A stretch of 64,000 nt of DNA from Candidatus Hydrogenedentota bacterium (GTDB taxonomy: Bacteria; Hydrogenedentota; Hydrogenedentia; Hydrogenedentales; SLHB01), in the NCBI GenBank assembly GCA_045863335.1, contig BTVY01000036.1, positions 10,955 through 74,954 on the forward strand, given 5' to 3'. Positions 1 to 8,873 of this stretch are shown here, piece after piece; position 1 is the first letter of the stretch, and each line of letters begins with the position of its first letter. Both the position numbers and the translations under genes were made by a program. The notes under the pieces were generated by a model. The model saw nothing but the letters and a program-made list of their open reading frames with translations. It made no database searches and was not told the DNA's origin.

Positions 1-1
1 C

Positions 2-580
2 CGAAAGTCCATTAACGATGGCTGCGAGCTATTTTTTGGCGGCCCTTCCGAACTCGAACGCAAGGTCCTCAAGCGGGAAGACACCATCGACAAACTCCAG
101 CACGAGATCACCGCGTATCTCGTGGAGCTCTCGCGACAACAACTCCCCGAAAATGAAGCGGAACTCATCCCGGCCCTGCTCCACGCTGTAAACGATGCCG
201 AGCGAATCGGCGATCACTCCGAAGACTTGGTCGAACTAACGAAAGTCCGGAACGCCGGCCCTCATCCCATTTCCGACGCAGCGGTGATTGAAATCCGCAG
301 CCTCCTCGCAAAATTGAACGAACAGTTCGACCTGACGCTACAGGCCTTGACCGAAGGGAATAAGGGTCTCGTGAGCAAAGCGAAAATCATCGAATCGGAG
401 ATCACCGAAATGCTGCGGCTCGCGTCTGACGCCCACATGGCCCGGCTCGAGAATCACCAATGCCAAGTCATGTCCGGCATCATCTTCCTGGACTTCCTGT
501 CCAACCTCGAGCGCGTGGGCGACCATCTCCTGAACATCGTCAAGCGAGCGGACCGCGTCGTCGCGGTCACCGCCGCCTAA
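2..580 (+). CDS. Na/Pi cotransporter family protein, C-terminal PhoU-like domains (5'-partial)
   Basis: Frame is open from the window edge (RKSINDGCELF...EDTIDKLQHEITAYL). PhoU-type motifs DAERIGDH and NLERVGDHLLNI. Confidence 0.85.
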   Translation, partial: RKSINDGCELFFGGPSELERKVLKREDTIDKLQHEITAYLVELSRQQLPENEAELIPALLHAVNDAERIGDHSEDLVELTKVRNAGPHPISDAAVIEIRSLLAKLNEQFDLTLQALTEGNKGLVSKAKIIESEITEMLRLASDAHMARLENHQCQVMSGIIFLDFLSNLERVGDHLLNIVKRADRVVAVTAA

Positions 581-585
581 CCCGC

Positions 586-1764
586 CTACCGCAGGGCCGG
601 AACGCCCGGTACAGGCGTACCCGGGATCGCGGTGCGGTCCGTAATGGGGACAAGTGGGGGAGGCGTGAACGTCGATTCCACGTTTGGGTTCCCGAAGAGT
701 TCGTCATACCATTCCAGCCACCGTTCACCTTCCAGACCATCCGGCATGCCCGTGATCAACTCCAACGCGTCGATGGCCGGTTGCACGAAACCCGACCGTT
801 CCCGCACGAGACCGATCAAGAAGTGGACGGTCGATTCATCACCAACGAGGCCCAGGAATCGAACGACCTCGCGCCGTACGCGCCGGTCCGGTTCTCCATT
901 CACAGATGCCGCGGCTGTGAGCAGCCCGAGCGCTTCCGGGCCGCCAATGCGCGCAATCCCGTAGTATGCCGGGAGCCTCACGTTGGGGTCCGTGTGTTGG
1001 ACGAGCCGTGCCAGGGCATGGAGGGACCCCGGATCGTCAATTGATGCCAAGGCATTTGCCGCATAGGACGCTACAAGTGAGTCATCTCCTAAAGCCAGTT
1101 CGGTCAGGGATTCCAAGGATCGCCTGCTACCCAGACGCCCCAATCCGTAGGCCAAGGCAACGCGCTCGTCTCGCGTCCGATCTGGCAAATCCAACATGCG
1201 GAGCATCCCAGATTCCAGCACGGAGCGCAAACTGGGAAGCGCCGCATCCACCCCGGCGACCACCGCAGGCTCGCCCCAGGCCAACACGGCAACCACCGCT
1301 TCCGTCACCGCCTCGCTGTCCAGTCGCGGCAAGGTCTGCATTGCGCGCTCCCGAACCCCCTCGTTCGGGTCCGCCAGGCTGTATATGACAAATGGAACCA
1401 GTTCCGGCGCCGGCACACGCGATACCCCCTCCAACGCCCGAACCCGAGTCCCGGGATCGGCCGACAGCGCCATCGCCATCAGCGGGGTCTGCGCGCCTTC
1501 TCGCGAAGGGGAGAGCGGGGTCCAGAGCAAACGGTCGCGCCTTTCCGACACAACCGCTTCTTCACTCAATTGGCCTTCCCGGTCATCCTGCGCGGAATCG
1601 ACCACTTCTTGAGACTCATTCACAAGTGCTGCCACCTTACCGGGCGTGAGCGTGGCAGCCATCATGGCAGCAAGCAGGCTGCACTCGACGAACGTGCGGC
1701 TGATTCGGGTCGACTTAACCTTCTCATTTATCATAATTTGTCGAACTCCTGGCGCAATTCTCAC
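586..1764 (-). CDS. HEAT/PBS-lyase repeat protein, probably exported
   Basis: Repeated D..VR..A..L helical motifs (LADPNEGVRERAMQTL, HTDPNVRLPAYYGI) and an N-terminal hydrophobic signal-like segment. Start uncertain. Confidence 0.75.
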   Translation of the reverse strand: MRIAPGVRQIMINEKVKSTRISRTFVECSLLAAMMAATLTPGKVAALVNESQEVVDSAQDDREGQLSEEAVVSERRDRLLWTPLSPSREGAQTPLMAMALSADPGTRVRALEGVSRVPAPELVPFVIYSLADPNEGVRERAMQTLPRLDSEAVTEAVVAVLAWGEPAVVAGVDAALPSLRSVLESGMLRMLDLPDRTRDERVALAYGLGRLGSRRSLESLTELALGDDSLVASYAANALASIDDPGSLHALARLVQHTDPNVRLPAYYGIARIGGPEALGLLTAAASVNGEPDRRVRREVVRFLGLVGDESTVHFLIGLVRERSGFVQPAIDALELITGMPDGLEGERWLEWYDELFGNPNVESTFTPPPLVPITDRTAIPGTPVPGVPALR

Positions 1765-1834
1765 CCGATTGCCCCTTTTGGATCAAACTTTTCTTCAGCC
1801 TGGAATAAACCATATACAGTCAATGTTTGACAGG

Positions 1835-1958
1835 GTGTCTACAAAGGGGGATCCTTCCCCCAGGTTCCCCTGAGTGGACACAGTCAGAAATGGCTGGTTC
1901 CCACCATCGGCGAGTGCGTCAAGGCAGTTCCCCCGCTGCCCGCACTCGCCCCTTTTTT
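1835..1958 (+). ncRNA. Candidate small RNA with C-rich loops
   Basis: Intergenic hairpins 1835-1842/1874-1881, 1846-1861 and 1882-1895 (GAAA loop), four TTCCC motifs, and a terminal terminator. Confidence 0.4.
1909..1958 (+). terminator. Intrinsic terminator
   Basis: GGCGAGTGCG...CGCACTCGCC stem plus an inner GGCAG/CTGCC stem, followed by T6. Confidence 0.7.
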
Positions 1959-2043
1959 ATCACTTCGCTTAATATTCCCCGATGCGGGTTCTGGCCTCCA
2001 ATAATCACCTCAACCTATTCTACACCAATAAGTTATGACAGTA

Positions 2044-2072
2044 TTGACTTTCTAGTTTCAAATCCGTATACT
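2044..2072 (+). promoter_or_regulatory. Sigma70-type promoter
   Basis: TTGACT-N17-TATACT, near consensus. Confidence 0.75.
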
Positions 2073-2076
2073 AACG

Positions 2077-2255
2077 CGACGAGCGGCTGATGTCCGCTAC
2101 ACCGAACACGCCAATGATCGGGCACGATACCTCGCGCCACCGGAGCATGAAACTCTCGTCGAGTTGCCTGGAAACAGGACGGCACTACAGCCCCGGGTAA
2201 TGACCGGCGAACGAGTTGGAACAGCGTTAGGGCGTGCCCCTACTAGGAGAAAGTA
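2077..2255 (+). promoter_or_regulatory. Structured 5' leader (candidate cis-regulatory RNA)
   Basis: CGACGAG/CTCGTCG long-range pairing, several hairpins including CCTG-GAAA-CAGG, ending at an AGGAGA RBS. Confidence 0.4.
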
Positions 2256-3233
2256 ATGGCTCTACGATTGTCTGTGGCGCTTGATATGTTCACCGGTTCC
2301 CCGGATCGGTATTGTCCGGATGGGTACCGCGACCCGTTGCGTATCCAGGAACGCCTTTCGATCGCCTCTAAGATCAAAGGGATCAAAGCGGTCGAAGTCT
2401 CTCAGAGCGACATTTCCCAAGAGTTCCCCGTGAAGGAGTTGAAACGCCTTCTCAAAGAGTACTCTTTACAGTGCTCGGGGGTTTCCGCAAATTTGGCGCA
2501 GGATCGCCGTTATGCGCTTGGTGCCTTTGGCCATCAGCACCCCAAGACCCGCAACGCCGCCATCGACGAAGGCAGAAAAGCCGTCGATATCGCCCGCCAA
2601 GTCGGCGCCACCGAAATCACTTTAAAACTATTCAGCGACGGGTTTGACTACCCCTTCCACATCGACTATACGACCCACTGGAACACGCTGATTTCGTCCA
2701 TCAAGACCATCGCAAAGTATGCGTCACCAGATATCAACGTGGCCATCGCGTACAAATGCCGCGAACCGCGCAAGTTCCTCACCGTGGCAACCGTGGGCAA
2801 GGCCCTCTCCTTGTGCCAGGAAATCGCCATGAAAAACGTGGGGGTCGGGCTTAATTTCTCTCACGCCATGATGTCCGGCGAGAACCCGGCCGAATCGATT
2901 GCCTTCCTCACGCGGTCGAACAAGCTCTTCCAGGTGTACTTCAGCGACAACTACCGCTTGTGGGACGACATGATGCTCCCCGGCAGCGTGCACATGTGGG
3001 AGCTGATGGAAGCCCTGTTCTACCTCAAGACGAGCAAGTACAAAGGATTCTGCACCATCGACGTGATGCCCCAGCGGATCGATCCGGCGCAAGCCTGCCA
3101 GATTGCCATCGGCAACCTCTCGATCTTCTGGAAGAAACTGGATAAGCTGGATAACACGGAATTACGGAAGGCCCAGAAGACGTTAGATGCAGTGGAAAGT
3201 CAAAAGATTATTCGCCGCGTCATGCTTCAATAA
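2256..3233 (+). CDS. Xylose-isomerase-like TIM-barrel protein, catalytic/metal residues substituted
   Basis: Family scaffold motifs DGFDYPF, YKxxEPR, GENPAES and DNY..WDD. The expected Glu/Asp/His ligands are replaced. Confidence 0.85.
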   Translation: MALRLSVALDMFTGSPDRYCPDGYRDPLRIQERLSIASKIKGIKAVEVSQSDISQEFPVKELKRLLKEYSLQCSGVSANLAQDRRYALGAFGHQHPKTRNAAIDEGRKAVDIARQVGATEITLKLFSDGFDYPFHIDYTTHWNTLISSIKTIAKYASPDINVAIAYKCREPRKFLTVATVGKALSLCQEIAMKNVGVGLNFSHAMMSGENPAESIAFLTRSNKLFQVYFSDNYRLWDDMMLPGSVHMWELMEALFYLKTSKYKGFCTIDVMPQRIDPAQACQIAIGNLSIFWKKLDKLDNTELRKAQKTLDAVESQKIIRRVMLQ

Positions 3234-3327
3234 TGGGTCCATTGCGATCAAATACAATCGACGAACACAAGCCCGCACCGGGATCACCGACAGGTAATTC
3301 CGGTGCGTTTCTTTTTGGAGGACGCCC

Positions 3328-4983
3328 ATTCGCATCGTAGGAAATACGCACGGGCTCAAAGCGTCCGAGCATAAGCGCCTGCAAAAGCTCGCCAACCGAA
3401 GAATTCCGGCAGACCGTATCGTCAGCCCCGAATTTGCCCGCACCCTGACTGAACTCTCCCGCGAGATTCAGCGCCAAGTCGGCGTTCTTGTCGACCGGCG
3501 GGGACATATCAAGGTCGTCATGGTCGGCGACGCGCGGTCCGTGTTCATCCCCGATCTGAGCGCCTATCGCCGCGGCATGGACCGGTTGGCAGGATTGCGC
3601 CTCGTGCATACACACCTTCATGGGGAATCGCTCACCGACGACGACCTGACGGACCTGGCCCTCCTAAGGCTCGACATGGTCGCCGCCATCGAGGCTCTGG
3701 AGGACGGATTGCCCGGTGCCGTGCATGCCGGCCACCTGCTCCCCGCGAATGACGACGAGCTTCCTTGGTCGGTAGAATCGACCCCAAGCGTTCACGCGCT
3801 CTCCGACGACTTTCTCGAAACAATTGAGGCGCTCGAAGCAGAGTTTTCCCGGCTGCGTAAACCGCGTCGGGCGGGAGACACGCGGGACCGCGCCATCCTC
3901 GTACACGTGTCAACGTCGCCCCCCTCAGTTGCCGAAGATTCCATGGCCGAGTTACGCGAATTGGCGCGCAGTGCGGGAATTGACGTCGTACACGAAGCGA
4001 TTCAGCGCCGTCCCGTTGATCCCCGGTACGTCATAGGAAGAGGCCGCCTCCAGACGATCCTGATTAAGGCCATGCAGCTCGGCGCCGAAGTGTTGGTGTT
4101 CGATCAGAACCTGGCCCCCGCACAGGTGAACAGCCTCGCCGCCTTTACCGATCTTAAGATTCTGGACCGCACGCAGGTCATCCTCGACATCTTTGCGCAA
4201 CGCGCGGTCACCCGCGAAGGCAAGATCCAGGTGGAACTGGCCCAGCTCCGCTATCTGCTGCCGCGGCTTGGCGCCAAACAAACCGCAAGCGCGTTTTCAC
4301 GGCTTACCGGCGGCATCGGCGGCCGCGGCCCCGGCGAAACAAAGCTCGAGATCGATCGGCGCCGCGCCCAAGACCGGATCGCCTCCCTGGAACGCGAAAT
4401 CAAGAAACTGGGGGAGCGCCGTCGACTGCGCCGCTCCGCGCGGACGCAGAAATCCGTCCCCACGGTATCCATCGTGGGCTACACCAACGCGGGGAAGTCG
4501 ACGCTCCTCAACCATCTCACGAATAGCCAGGTCGTCGCGGAGAACGCACTCTTTGCAACCTTGAACCCGGTATCCCGGAGACTCCGCTTTCCCGAGGAAC
4601 GAGAAGTCATTATCACCGACACCGTCGGGTTCATCCGCCATCTCCCCGAAGAACTCATGGCGGCGTTCCGCACCACGCTTGAAGAACTCGACGACGCTGA
4701 TGTATTGGTTCACGTGCTCGACGCGTCCAGCCCCCACCTGGAAGACGAGAACCGCACCGTTGAAGCGATTCTGACCGAACTGGGCCTCGACCAGAAACCG
4801 CGAATCCTCGTGCTCAATAAGACCGACATGTGTGACGCGGAAGTCCTCGCGGGGCTATGCCACCAATTCGATGGCGTCCCCCTCTGCGCGCTGAACCGAT
4901 CCACGTTTGCGCCACTGATCGCGCGAATTGAAAAGCTGCTCTGGGCCGAGATCGCGCCGAGACTTACTGCTGTGGAATCCTAA
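3328..4983 (+). CDS. hflX: GTPase HflX (long N-terminal form), probable ATT start
   Basis: GYTNAGKST, DTVGFI, NKTD, GGIGGRGPGETKLE and ILDIFAQRA motifs. The N-terminal GNTHGLK..E..RL domain is in frame from ATT at 3328 after GGAGG, with an in-frame TAA at 3295. Confidence 0.95.
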   Translation: MRIVGNTHGLKASEHKRLQKLANRRIPADRIVSPEFARTLTELSREIQRQVGVLVDRRGHIKVVMVGDARSVFIPDLSAYRRGMDRLAGLRLVHTHLHGESLTDDDLTDLALLRLDMVAAIEALEDGLPGAVHAGHLLPANDDELPWSVESTPSVHALSDDFLETIEALEAEFSRLRKPRRAGDTRDRAILVHVSTSPPSVAEDSMAELRELARSAGIDVVHEAIQRRPVDPRYVIGRGRLQTILIKAMQLGAEVLVFDQNLAPAQVNSLAAFTDLKILDRTQVILDIFAQRAVTREGKIQVELAQLRYLLPRLGAKQTASAFSRLTGGIGGRGPGETKLEIDRRRAQDRIASLEREIKKLGERRRLRRSARTQKSVPTVSIVGYTNAGKSTLLNHLTNSQVVAENALFATLNPVSRRLRFPEEREVIITDTVGFIRHLPEELMAAFRTTLEELDDADVLVHVLDASSPHLEDENRTVEAILTELGLDQKPRILVLNKTDMCDAEVLAGLCHQFDGVPLCALNRSTFAPLIARIEKLLWAEIAPRLTAVES

Positions 4984-5063
4984 CCGCTGTTGGAGTACCA
5001 TCGTCACCGTGTTCCTAGCGTCAACCCGAAACCCCAAACATAGGACCAGAACCTAACCCCGCT

Positions 5064-6098
5064 ATGCGCCTATTCCTAGTCACCGAAATCGCTCTCGTCA
5101 TCATGTTTGCCGGCTTCGCCGCTCGGAGCCAAGAATCTGTGTCCGACCAGGCAAGGTCGCTACTCGAACAGGCCCATGCCGAACAGGCCGCCGCCATGGA
5201 CGCCGCGCGACAGGGCGATCAGGCAGCTTATCAACGACACTCCAACCAGGCCGACGACTTCATGGCGCAAGTGCGGAGCCTCTTCGAAAAGGCGCATATC
5301 GACGACTCGAGCAATCCGGACGATTTGGCAGTTTATGCCGGATATCGCAAGGAGTTGGGCGACTACGATCTTGCGGAACGGGCGCTTATCCGAGCGTTGA
5401 GCCTTTCGCCGGACCGCGCAGATCTGTGGTTTGCGCTGGGCGAACTTCAAGCGCTGCTCGGAACCGACGGGGAAGCCCGCGCGATCAAATCCCTTCGAAA
5501 AACAACCGCACTCGACCAAAACCCCGAATTAACCGCCAAAGCCCACGCAGCGCTCGGTGCCGTGTTTCTTCAACAGGGGCTCTTCGATTTCGCACGCACG
5601 GAACTCGAAGCCGCAGTCGATGCCGACTCCGGTCACGTTGGGGCTCGCATTGCGTTGGCCTCACTCGACGTGCGGGATGGGGCGATCGGAAAAGCATCGG
5701 AAAGCCTGGACGCCCTGGGGGAAATCGGGCCAGAGTATATGGCGCTCATGCAGCGTACCATCGAAAAAGCGCTGTTCGACTTCGGTGAGTCCAGACGTTG
5801 GATGGAAGATACTGCGGATAATCACCTCGCGTATGCCAAGCTGCTCGTCCGCGCCGGGCGTCCCGGGGATAGCCTCTTGCCTCTGGAGCGCGCCGCCGAA
5901 CTCGATCCGGATAACTACGTAACCTGGAACCTGCTGGGATCGATGTACCGTGGCTTCGACCGCATCGAGGACGCACGCAAAGCCTTTGCCCGGTCCCTGG
6001 AACTCAACCCGGACCAGCCACGGACACGCAGCGCGATGGAAGAGTTGGACGCGGCCGCGGCGCCTAAAGTGCCGCTTGCACCACTGGCTCCTCAATAG
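5064..6098 (+). CDS. Exported tetratricopeptide-repeat protein
   Basis: Signal peptide and TPR motifs (ALSLSPDRADLWFALG, AAELDPDNYVTWNLLG). Confidence 0.85.
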   Translation: MRLFLVTEIALVIMFAGFAARSQESVSDQARSLLEQAHAEQAAAMDAARQGDQAAYQRHSNQADDFMAQVRSLFEKAHIDDSSNPDDLAVYAGYRKELGDYDLAERALIRALSLSPDRADLWFALGELQALLGTDGEARAIKSLRKTTALDQNPELTAKAHAALGAVFLQQGLFDFARTELEAAVDADSGHVGARIALASLDVRDGAIGKASESLDALGEIGPEYMALMQRTIEKALFDFGESRRWMEDTADNHLAYAKLLVRAGRPGDSLLPLERAAELDPDNYVTWNLLGSMYRGFDRIEDARKAFARSLELNPDQPRTRSAMEELDAAAAPKVPLAPLAPQ

Positions 6099-6205
6099 CG
6101 GGTATTTTCTTACGGGGTGAATCAGTAGATATGGGGGAGATGCCGGCCGGTTTCAGCTATCTAACGCTTTTAATCCTAAGCGCTAAGGCGTACCCAAGAT
6201 TATAC

Positions 6206-6234
6206 TTGACTTAATGAATCCTTTTTGTAATAAT
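6206..6234 (+). promoter_or_regulatory. Possible sigma70 promoter
   Basis: TTGACT-N17-AATAAT in an AT-rich intergenic region. Confidence 0.45.
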
Positions 6235-6307
6235 TCCGTTCGATTCTGACCTTCGCAACATCGTTTATCTCCGCGCCTGATCGGCGCTTAGTGGAATTGC
6301 CCTGATA

Positions 6308-8125
6308 ATGCTCGACTTCGTCCAAAATACTTGGCAGGCTTGGTTTACTGTATTGACCTTGCTCGCGGTCCTTGCCGGACTTATTCGCAATCTTCCGCCC
6401 GACGCAGTCCTCCTTGGCGGTACGGTCCTGCTCACGTTGACCGGCATCATAACCCCAGTGCAGGCGTTTTCGGGATTCTCGAACGAGGGTATGCTGACGG
6501 TCGCCGCTTTGTTTGTGGTCGCCGCCGCACTGCGGGAGACGGGCGCACTAGACACGATTGGCGGACTCGTCCTCGGCCGAGCGCGAACCGAACGGGGTGT
6601 CCTGATCCGGCTCGCGGGCAGCGTGACCGGCATGTCAGCTTTCCTGAATAACACGCCCATCGTGGCCATGTTCATCCCGATCATCACCCGGTGGTGCGCC
6701 AAGAATGGCTTATCACCGTCGCGCCTGCTCATACCCCTTTCGTACCTGACGATACTGGGAGGCACCTGCACCCTCATCGGCACCAGCACCAACCTCGTGG
6801 TAAGTGGGTTGCTCCGGCGCGAAATGGACTTGGACCCGGGGCACAGCCCCAACCTGTCGCCCATCGGGCTCTTCGAGATGAGCTGGGTAGGCGTACCCTA
6901 CGCGATCATCGGCATTCTGTACCTATACTTCATTGGTTACCGCCTCATCCCCGACCGAAAAGACTTCATTGAGAAAATGGCGCAGACAGCACGCGAGTAT
7001 CTGGTGGACCTGCGCGTAGAGCCGGGCTGCTCACTGGTTGGCAAGACCGTCGAGGCAGCAGGACTTCGACGTCTGCGCGGACTCTTCCTCATCGAGATTC
7101 TTCGCAGCGAAGAGGTCATTTCGCCGGTCCGCCCGGACCGCACCCTCGCCGAAGGCGATGTTCTTACCTTTACGGGGGAAGTGAACACCATCATCGACCT
7201 CGAGCGCGTTCAAGGTCTCGTTCCCATTGCGGACGACGGGTATGAAGCGCATTCGCTGAAACAGCGTGGGCGAATGCTCAGCGAAGCGGTCGTGTCCGCC
7301 ACCTCGCCCGTTGTCGGCAAGACAATTCGCGATTCGGACTTTCGCGCGCGGTACAACGCTGCGGTCGTCGCCGTGCACCGCGGAGGGGAACGCCTCCACG
7401 GCAGAGTGGGGGATATCGTCCTCCGCGCCGGCGATACCTTGTTGCTGCAGACCGGACCGCACTTCCTCGGCGTACATCGCAACGATCCGGATTTCTACCT
7501 CGTCAGCGGCATCGAGGATTCCCGGCCCATTCGTCATGAAAAGGCGGGGCTTTCTATCGGCTTGTTGGCCGTTCTGATCGTGCTGATGGCCACGGGCTAT
7601 GTCAGCATCGTGGTCGCGGCATTCGTCATCGCGGGTCTCATGGTCGCCACGCGCTGCATTTCCATGGGAGACGCGCGGCAGAGCCTGGACTGGCAGACCC
7701 TGGTAACCATCGGCGCGTCGTTTGGACTGGGCGAAGCGCTCAGAACTTCGGGCGTTGTGACAGAAGTGGCCGGGTTTCTTGTTGGGAATTTCGGCGCATG
7801 GGGGCCTTACGCCCTGCTCGCAGCCATTTACCTGCTGACCAGCATTATCACGGAGGCTGTCACGAACAACGCCGCCGCCGTACTCATGTTTCCCTTCGCC
7901 GTGGCCATTGCAGAACAATACGGCGTGAATCCCAGGCCATTCGTCATGGCGGTCATGTTCGCGGCATCGGCGAGCTTCATGTCGCCCATCGGGTATCAAA
8001 CCAATCTCATGGTATACGGCCCCGGCGGTTACCGCTTCACGGACTTCCTCCGCGTAGGACTCCCCCTCGAACTCATTCTCTGGATCTCGGCAGTCATCTT
8101 GATTCCGATCATGTGGCCCTTCTAA
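6308..8125 (+). CDS. SLC13 family (sulfate/di-tricarboxylate) permease with TrkA-C domains
   Basis: SAFLNNTPIVA, GGTCTLIGTSTNL, TNNAAA and PIGYQTNLMVYGPGGY motifs; many TM helices. Confidence 0.92.
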   Translation: MLDFVQNTWQAWFTVLTLLAVLAGLIRNLPPDAVLLGGTVLLTLTGIITPVQAFSGFSNEGMLTVAALFVVAAALRETGALDTIGGLVLGRARTERGVLIRLAGSVTGMSAFLNNTPIVAMFIPIITRWCAKNGLSPSRLLIPLSYLTILGGTCTLIGTSTNLVVSGLLRREMDLDPGHSPNLSPIGLFEMSWVGVPYAIIGILYLYFIGYRLIPDRKDFIEKMAQTAREYLVDLRVEPGCSLVGKTVEAAGLRRLRGLFLIEILRSEEVISPVRPDRTLAEGDVLTFTGEVNTIIDLERVQGLVPIADDGYEAHSLKQRGRMLSEAVVSATSPVVGKTIRDSDFRARYNAAVVAVHRGGERLHGRVGDIVLRAGDTLLLQTGPHFLGVHRNDPDFYLVSGIEDSRPIRHEKAGLSIGLLAVLIVLMATGYVSIVVAAFVIAGLMVATRCISMGDARQSLDWQTLVTIGASFGLGEALRTSGVVTEVAGFLVGNFGAWGPYALLAAIYLLTSIITEAVTNNAAAVLMFPFAVAIAEQYGVNPRPFVMAVMFAASASFMSPIGYQTNLMVYGPGGYRFTDFLRVGLPLELILWISAVILIPIMWPF

Positions 8126-8173
8126 GCCGCGCGGCATTGGCACGGCGGTTCCTCGCTCGGCTCGGGCGTTCGG

Positions 8174-8851
8174 TTAACCGTCGATGTCCCCTTCGTCGCT
8201 CCAATTCTCAAAGTACTCGCGAAACGCGCGCTCGAAATCGTCCGCGACCGTGTCTAGCTCGGGCGCGTGTCCCAACAGTTTCCGCAAGGAAGTGACCGGT
8301 TTGTCGCGGATGCCGCATGGCACGATGTATCCGAAGTGGCTCATGTCGGGGTCCACGTTGAGCGCGACACCGTGGTACGTCACCCAGTCATGAATGCCGA
8401 CACCAATTGCGGCAATTTTCTCGCCTTCAACCCATACGCCCGTGAACCCGTCGACACGCTCTCCAGTCAGACCGTACTCGGCCAATTGACGGATTAGCAC
8501 CTGCTCGAGCGAGCGGAGGTACCAGCGAATCGACAGCTTCCACTCACGCAAGTTCAAAATGGGGTAGGCCACCAACTGTCCGGGACCATGATAGGTCACG
8601 TCACCGCCGCGGTCTGCCTTGTACACCGAAATTCCCCGAGCCGCCAGTACATCTTCGGCCAAGAGCAGGTTTTCCCGCTCAAAATTTCGGCCCAGGGTGA
8701 ATACTGGTTCGTGTTCCAGTACGAACAACGCGTTGTCCGCCTCACCTGCCTCGACCGCGACCCGGCGTTTGCGCTGCAAATCAAGTCCATGCGGATAGGG
8801 CGTGCAACCGGGCAAACGGATGGCTTCGATCACTCGATGTGGTTTACGCAT
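8174..8851 (-). CDS. lipB: Lipoyl(octanoyl) transferase
   Basis: LEHEPVFTLGR, DRGGDVTYHGPGQLVAYPI, KIAAIG and IVPCGI motifs. Confidence 0.96.
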   Translation of the reverse strand: MRKPHRVIEAIRLPGCTPYPHGLDLQRKRRVAVEAGEADNALFVLEHEPVFTLGRNFERENLLLAEDVLAARGISVYKADRGGDVTYHGPGQLVAYPILNLREWKLSIRWYLRSLEQVLIRQLAEYGLTGERVDGFTGVWVEGEKIAAIGVGIHDWVTYHGVALNVDPDMSHFGYIVPCGIRDKPVTSLRKLLGHAPELDTVADDFERAFREYFENWSDEGDIDG

Positions 8852-8873
8852 GGCGCAAAGTATAACAGAGCGG

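Noticed and set aside
2077-2255. Known riboswitch (fluoride, SAH, ZMP/pfl) or hammerhead ribozyme
   Set aside because: Only short fragments match (GCTGATG..CTAC, TGACCGGCGAA). The other required conserved elements are absent.
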